A DNA stretch of 10,851 bases from Candidatus Hermodarchaeota archaeon (lineage in GTDB: Archaea > Asgardarchaeota > Thorarchaeia > Thorarchaeales > Thorarchaeaceae), in the NCBI GenBank assembly GCA_048885865.1, contig JBHLLF010000014.1, positions 66,502-77,352 of the forward strand. The letters are read 5' to 3'. The notes under the pieces are model-generated. The model had not been told where the DNA came from. It saw only the letters and a list, made by a program, of their open reading frames with translations, and searched no databases. Below are positions 6,186 through 10,851 of this stretch, piece after piece. Within the stretch, counting starts at the first letter, position 1. Each line of letters starts with the position of its first letter. A program made the position numbers and the translations under genes.

Positions 6186-7178
6186 TTGTGCAGCGACATC
6201 AATGAGAAAGACAATAGCGGCCTTCGCGTTGCTCTGGGACTGTCAATAGTGTTCGCGATTGCATTGACTTACCTGACACTGGAGATCTATCATCAGATCA
6301 ACATCATTCTGAAGGAGATAATACCCGACCATGGCGTCGGCGAAGCAGAAGCAGTCGCCCAGATAACAGAATCGTTGAGGCCCATTGGGTACATTGCGCT
6401 CACGCTAACTATGGCACTTATTCTCATAGGATTCATCCTGAAGAAACAGAAAGCAGTTCTAGCAGGCTCAATTGCATTATACTTGCCGGTCTTCGGACAC
6501 TTCGCACTCACAATGTTCTTTCTTGCAGGCATCGGGGTGGTCAGAGTTCTATGGCTTCCTTTGTTTGATATATCGGCAGGGCTCTTTGATCTGGGGGCTA
6601 TCGTCTGTCTGCCGATTCTTCCTCTGCGTCTGGCAGTAAGGGCCATCTGGATGCTGATGCCATTATTGTTCATTTTGCCCTTCATAATTCAGGGACTAGG
6701 ATTCATGATATTCCTCCTGAGTGCCATGAGTTGGTTCCAGGGGCGATTCAAAGACGTACGAATAGTTGACTTCTGGGCATATCGTTATTCTAGGCACCCT
6801 CAATACTTGGGCTTCATAGTTTGGAGCTATGGCCTTCTGATTCACGCCTTGGTGGCACCAATTCCTTTTGGAGGAATCTACTTCGTGCCGAGTCTGCCAT
6901 GGCTTCTCTCAATCATGTTGATTATTGGTGTTGCCCTGTATGAGGAGAGCAAAATGGTTCAGAAGAATGATGAGCAATATCTGGAATACCGCGCAAAGAC
7001 TCCTTTTCTAATACCACTTCCTGAATCCATATCTAACTTGATTACTGCCCCCATCAAGCTCGTCCTAAAGAAGGACTGGCCAGAAAATGGAAGAGAAATA
7101 GTGGTCACGGTGATTCTGTATTCGGTGATACTCATGCTTCTTTCAGTACCTCTGGCGCTACTTCCTCCTTTGATGTAG
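6186..7178 (+). CDS. Integral-membrane methyltransferase of the ICMT/PEMT/DUF1295 clan with N-terminal TM extension
   Basis: About 8 hydrophobic segments; signature AYRYSRHPQYLG, then EE..M and YLEYRAKTPFLIP. TTG start uncertain; AT-rich TATAAT at ~6148. Confidence 0.82.
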   Translation: MCSDINEKDNSGLRVALGLSIVFAIALTYLTLEIYHQINIILKEIIPDHGVGEAEAVAQITESLRPIGYIALTLTMALILIGFILKKQKAVLAGSIALYLPVFGHFALTMFFLAGIGVVRVLWLPLFDISAGLFDLGAIVCLPILPLRLAVRAIWMLMPLLFILPFIIQGLGFMIFLLSAMSWFQGRFKDVRIVDFWAYRYSRHPQYLGFIVWSYGLLIHALVAPIPFGGIYFVPSLPWLLSIMLIIGVALYEESKMVQKNDEQYLEYRAKTPFLIPLPESISNLITAPIKLVLKKDWPENGREIVVTVILYSVILMLLSVPLALLPPLM

Positions 7179-7283
7179 GTAACGTCAAATTCGTCATGAC
7201 TCGATGAGTATACTGAAATCGCGTTCTGGAGTAGGAGGATAATACCGACATTTTGTGACCCGGCTCAGCAAAGAAGCCTAATA

Positions 7284-7853
7284 TCATTCAATCCAGTGGA
7301 CAGCATTTTGCATGATGATGGTAAAGAGCACTGCTATGAGCACAAGGGCTGTTACTCTCTTCCCTAGGCTTCTCAAAGAAGCAGCTGAAATCCCAGCTCC
7401 AAGAACTGCTCCCATTGCAGTGACCTCGATTAGTTGTCCCACCCCCCACAGAATCAAAAGACCCAATTCGAGTGCGAGTATGGAATACTGCCCCAAAATT
7501 GATGCAATCCCCGCTAGACTTCCAAATATGAATCCAATTTTCAGTCCTTTCCGCCATTCATCGACTCCAGTCAATGAGAAGAACCAGTAAAAGAGCACTA
7601 CTTGAATTAGAAGAGCCCCATACCCAAATGGAATGCGGAGAAACGCCTGCATTGGGTCGAGCAGTGCTGGATTTGGCTGAGTATATATCTCTGAAAGAAA
7701 CCCACCATGCCAAAGGAAATCTATGCCGAGGGCGGCCATCCAAGCAACCAAGATGAGTTTCAACTTCCAGGGCTGTCGAGTCTTCGTTGCTGCTTGCGGT
7801 GTGGTCATGAGAATCGACTGCTGCGATGAAACATGGGGAGCCCCTTCATTCAT
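7284..7853 (-). CDS. Hypothetical membrane protein (about 5 TM), co-transcribed with the upstream regulator
   Basis: Hydrophobic Gly-rich helices (KGLKIGFIFGSLAG); GGAGAGGAG RBS; 8-nt overlap (ATGAATGA) with the upstream gene. Confidence 0.8.
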   Translation of the reverse strand: MNEGAPHVSSQQSILMTTPQAATKTRQPWKLKLILVAWMAALGIDFLWHGGFLSEIYTQPNPALLDPMQAFLRIPFGYGALLIQVVLFYWFFSLTGVDEWRKGLKIGFIFGSLAGIASILGQYSILALELGLLILWGVGQLIEVTAMGAVLGAGISAASLRSLGKRVTALVLIAVLFTIIMQNAVHWIE

Positions 7854-8385
7854 AGAATCTCCTCTCCAGATGCTTCAGATATCCCGGTCCCACTCTCACC
7901 ATGTATCCAATCCACACAAAGACGGCTATTCCTATAGCCATCGCAACAATGTGCGCGATAATATCAATCAACGAACCGCCTACGGCAATCAAATCATAGA
8001 GTTGCATTCCAATGAAGATGACAGGAATTGATACCACCACCATTAGAAGAAACGCCATGAATTTCACAGCAGGCATCAATGAAGGAGGCTTGCGAATCTT
8101 GACATATCGCTCGGCATTCTCTGGCAGGTCTTCGCGGAGTGAAAACATGAGGTCTGCTGCGGCTCTTCCCAGCGGGGTCAGAGTATATCGTAGACGATCG
8201 TTCTTCTGAATGAAGCCCTCCATTTGCTTGAGGTGATAGTTTAGCCTCCCCGTTGAAGAACCGAATTCACCAAGCATTTCTGTGTACGATGCTCCGTCTT
8301 CCCCATGATACACAAGTTTCAAGATGTCGCGTCTTATTGTGTGAGCAAGCACTTCGAACACAGTGGCTTCGACTTCTTCATTCAT
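7846..8385 (-). CDS. ArsR-like winged-helix regulator with two C-terminal TM helices (179 aa; start corrected from 8394)
   Basis: FEVLAHTIRRDILKLV...SYTEMLGEFGSSTGRLNYHLKQMEGFIQK...YTLTPLG is an ArsR-type wHTH pattern, followed by two hydrophobic helices; GGGTGA RBS ends 5 nt before ATG 8385. Confidence 0.87.
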   Translation of the reverse strand: MNEEVEATVFEVLAHTIRRDILKLVYHGEDGASYTEMLGEFGSSTGRLNYHLKQMEGFIQKNDRLRYTLTPLGRAAADLMFSLREDLPENAERYVKIRKPPSLMPAVKFMAFLLMVVVSIPVIFIGMQLYDLIAVGGSLIDIIAHIVAMAIGIAVFVWIGYMVRVGPGYLKHLERRFYE

Positions 8386-8407
8386 CGATTTCACCCTAAT
8401 TTAGAAC

Positions 8408-8430
8408 AGGCATTATTTAGTAAAATGCCT
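8408..8430. promoter_or_regulatory. Inverted repeat over the wHTH promoter region (candidate operator)
   Basis: AGGCATT-N9-AATGCCT with AT-rich spacer, 23-45 nt upstream of ATG 8385, in the divergent intergenic region. Confidence 0.55.
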
Positions 8431-8549
8431 TTCTGACTAAAATTCCTTGACAGCTCTGGTTGTCATAGAAATCATCAGGAATATCAAAGATGGGACACTC
8501 AGATGCTGAGATTGGACACGTTATATTCTAGATGCGCATTAGAACAAAC

Positions 8550-9371
8550 ATGCATCTTTCGAAATCGCAAAAGGTCGTTCTCGTCATAGCAGTTGGTGCC
8601 ATCCTAGTCGCGACTCCCTTTATTCTAATGATGTCACTCGAACCCGAGCAACCAAATGATGCGCCACCTCCTGAAGAGGTCAAGATCACCCTGCTCAATA
8701 TCGCGGGAGTCATGATCGAGGCAAAGGGAATGCGAATCTACATAGACCCCTATGCCATTCCTGACAATTACACCGAACTTCCCGCGGACATCATATTGGT
8801 CACCCACCCCCATTTTGACCACTACGCATTGCTGGACATTCGAGATATAGAGAAGAACGATACGGTCTTCATCTTTCCTAGAAATATGACTGAGGAGATT
8901 GAACGCCACGAGGGCATTGGTCTTGACCCTGGGGAATCGCATCAGGTTGGTGATATCAGTATCACTGCGTTCTACATGTACACGCTGGATAGACCTAGCT
9001 TGCCCTCAAGCCATCCGAAGGATGTGAATTGGACAAGCTATATCATTGACATTGATGGGTTCAAGATCTTCCATGCAGGCGATGCGAAATATATGGTGGA
9101 GTATGAGGCGTTCACGGAGGTAATTGATATTGCATTTCTCCCCATCTACTGGGACAGTGCCATGGGAGCCATTGACGTCAGCCTCAGCCCCATTGTAGAG
9201 GTTGTTGAGAAAATTCACCCGACGAACATGGTCCCAACACACTACAATTCTTTCAGCAATGATACATTCATCTCAGACTACAGTTCGCAGATTGAGGAAG
9301 CGGGCTGTGTGATACTGAATCTGGCATTCTTTGAATCGGTCACATTTACCGTAGATGACAATGAATCATAG
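8550..9371 (+). CDS. Membrane-anchored/exported metallo-beta-lactamase-fold hydrolase (UlaG-like)
   Basis: IYIDP, DIILVTHPHFDH (HxHxDH), SSH, FHAGD, DIAFLPI and VPTHY motifs; N-terminal TM helix plus Pro-rich linker. TTATAT at 8521-8526 favours a start at 8550 over 8532. Confidence 0.9.
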   Translation: MHLSKSQKVVLVIAVGAILVATPFILMMSLEPEQPNDAPPPEEVKITLLNIAGVMIEAKGMRIYIDPYAIPDNYTELPADIILVTHPHFDHYALLDIRDIEKNDTVFIFPRNMTEEIERHEGIGLDPGESHQVGDISITAFYMYTLDRPSLPSSHPKDVNWTSYIIDIDGFKIFHAGDAKYMVEYEAFTEVIDIAFLPIYWDSAMGAIDVSLSPIVEVVEKIHPTNMVPTHYNSFSNDTFISDYSSQIEEAGCVILNLAFFESVTFTVDDNES

Positions 9372-9518
9372 CATCGGATCTGATTCTGAAGATGGAATGC
9401 CATGACTCTCCTCTAGGAACTCAACAAGTCCTGTTGCAAACCATGTCTTAGGACCACCGTCTACAACCTCCCTATTGGGGCATAGATTGATTAGAAATTT
9501 CAGACCCCTGAGGGCGTA

Positions 9519-10331
9519 ATGGTCGATATCCAGAAAGCCTTGGAGTTTGTCAGGACAAGCAGTGACAATATACAGCAGGCCCGTCTTGATTCAATTTTGG
9601 AGAATACCCGCCCTGACAAAGATGTGCTAGATGCAATCGAGAGAATGAGAAAGTCGGGTGGAGGGTTTGCTTTCTGGGATAATGATGTGAGCAGCATAAC
9701 GACAACACTGAATGTTTTGGGATGGCTTGATGACCTTTCTATTCTGAACGGCCCCATTGTCGACAGGACCTTTGACTTTCTCTTGGACCATCAACGTGAA
9801 GATGGTGGGTGGGATGAGATTGAAGAGGTGGGAGAATTTGACCCGCCGCCCTTCATGATGCCGGGTGAAGTCAATACTCAGACCTGGCTGACTGCATGCT
9901 GTGCTCATTGGTTCATACGTTTTGGCCGCGCAGAACCACCAGGGTCAAAGGGTTGCCCCGCAGAGTTTCTGATGCAGCACATTCAACCTTCTGGACTAGT
10001 CAGAGGCTATCTCTACGCCAGCTGGGACGCCTTGGTGATGTTCAACTATCATCCAGGCACTGAGTCAGAGGTCTTCAAGAGGCTTTTAGAGGGAGTGGAA
10101 AAGAGATTCACGCCCGACGAACTTGATGGGACGGATCTGGCATGGTTGCTCCGATGCCTTAGGGATGCAAATCTCAGTGTTGATCATAAACTCGTGATCG
10201 GTGCCCTTGATGCTCTTGAGGAGAAACAAGGATTGGACGGTAGTTGGAGCTCTGCAGATGGACCAGAGTACTCAGGCATGGCCACCATTGATGCCATAAG
10301 AGTTATGAAAGACTTTCGAAGACTCCCATAG
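9519..10331 (+). CDS. Cytoplasmic prenyltransferase/squalene-cyclase-repeat protein (270 aa)
   Basis: QW-like repeats MRKSGGGF, FLLDHQREDGGW, FLMQHIQPSG, LEEKQGLDGSW; no signal peptide; GAGGG upstream. Confidence 0.82.
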   Translation: MVDIQKALEFVRTSSDNIQQARLDSILENTRPDKDVLDAIERMRKSGGGFAFWDNDVSSITTTLNVLGWLDDLSILNGPIVDRTFDFLLDHQREDGGWDEIEEVGEFDPPPFMMPGEVNTQTWLTACCAHWFIRFGRAEPPGSKGCPAEFLMQHIQPSGLVRGYLYASWDALVMFNYHPGTESEVFKRLLEGVEKRFTPDELDGTDLAWLLRCLRDANLSVDHKLVIGALDALEEKQGLDGSWSSADGPEYSGMATIDAIRVMKDFRRLP

Positions 10332-10421
10332 AAGGAATACCTTGCAGCATCGAGGTTCGCTAGCAATCGACCAAGTTCCTTATCTTGAATCGTGACTGTG
10401 AACCATGAATTTGAATCCTTT

Positions 10422-10851
10422 CTACGAGGATGGATGTCCACGACTCTCCTCCAGGAACTCTGCAAGTCGTGCCACAAAACGGGTTGCTGGAGCACCATCG
10501 ACGACATCACATGGTTATGTCTACAATAGGTGTCAGACTGGAGTTGGGCTTCTTGCAGAGATATGTCAGATTCTTAGTGGAATCGCTCACATCGTGCTCG
10601 ATCACCTGATCATCCAAACTCCTGATTTTGCGGGCGATATCAAGAACCTCTTGAATTGTCAGACCTAGCCGTTCAGCTACAAGGGTCAGGTCGGTCTGGG
10701 GTCTCTTCTTCACAATATTGCGGACCATCTGCTCCCAATGATTCTTGAAAGACAGACGCAGACTGGATAGAACCACAAAGTCAAGCAACCATCTATTTGA
10801 CGGATTGCCCGGAGGGGTCGGTGGTCCTTTCGGCTCGCCATCAACGGTAGG
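10422..10851 (-). pseudogene. Disrupted 2-oxoacid dehydrogenase E2 (acyltransferase catalytic domain)-like gene, 5' part outside window
   Basis: The 10507 frame is open to the window edge and ends ...KKPNSSLTPIVD. A different frame from 10508 reads DVVDGAPATRFVARLAEFLEESRG (stop 10422-10424), matching the E2 C-terminal DHxxxDGA..RF...L...LE signature. Confidence 0.65.

Noticed and set aside
10184-10510. 108-aa minus-strand ORF as a real gene
   Set aside because: It overlaps the convergent 9519-10331 gene by 148 nt, and the recognisable coding signal here is in another frame (E2-like).
10507-10788. Stand-alone 93-aa HTH-like protein, or Sec read-through of the UGA at 10507 into a Cys-rich frame
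   Set aside because: The frame is open past the window edge, so the TTG start is arbitrary. VAERLGLTIQEV is HTH-like and not fully excluded, but the adjacent E2 motif explains the region better. No SECIS or selenoprotein motif is recognisable.

Overview
Archaeal-type window (GGAGGTGA-like RBSs, TATA-like boxes); the gene content suggests an Asgard archaeon (inference). The main feature is a diverged ~1.55 kb tandem duplication (offset ~1630 bp) of a two-gene unit. Each unit has a Ras/Rab-superfamily small GTPase (209 aa; copies ~80% identical) overlapping by 31 nt with an unknown 247-248 aa partner (~73% identical). The partner has an N-terminal CxxC/His putative metal site and a C-terminal domain with longin-like secondary-structure order. 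Both units keep a palindrome plus TATA-like box upstream. A third copy of the last 34 bp of the partner gene lies at 5711-5744, so direct repeats bracket a gene for a secreted prenyltransferase/squalene-cyclase-fold protein. Also present: an ICMT/PEMT-like membrane methyltransferase, a membrane-anchored winged-helix regulator with a partner membrane protein, an exported MBL-fold hydrolase, a second cytoplasmic prenyltransferase-fold protein, a partial membrane-protein gene at the left edge, and a broken E2-acyltransferase-like relic at the right edge. All family calls are from motif recognition by eye; no searches were run.
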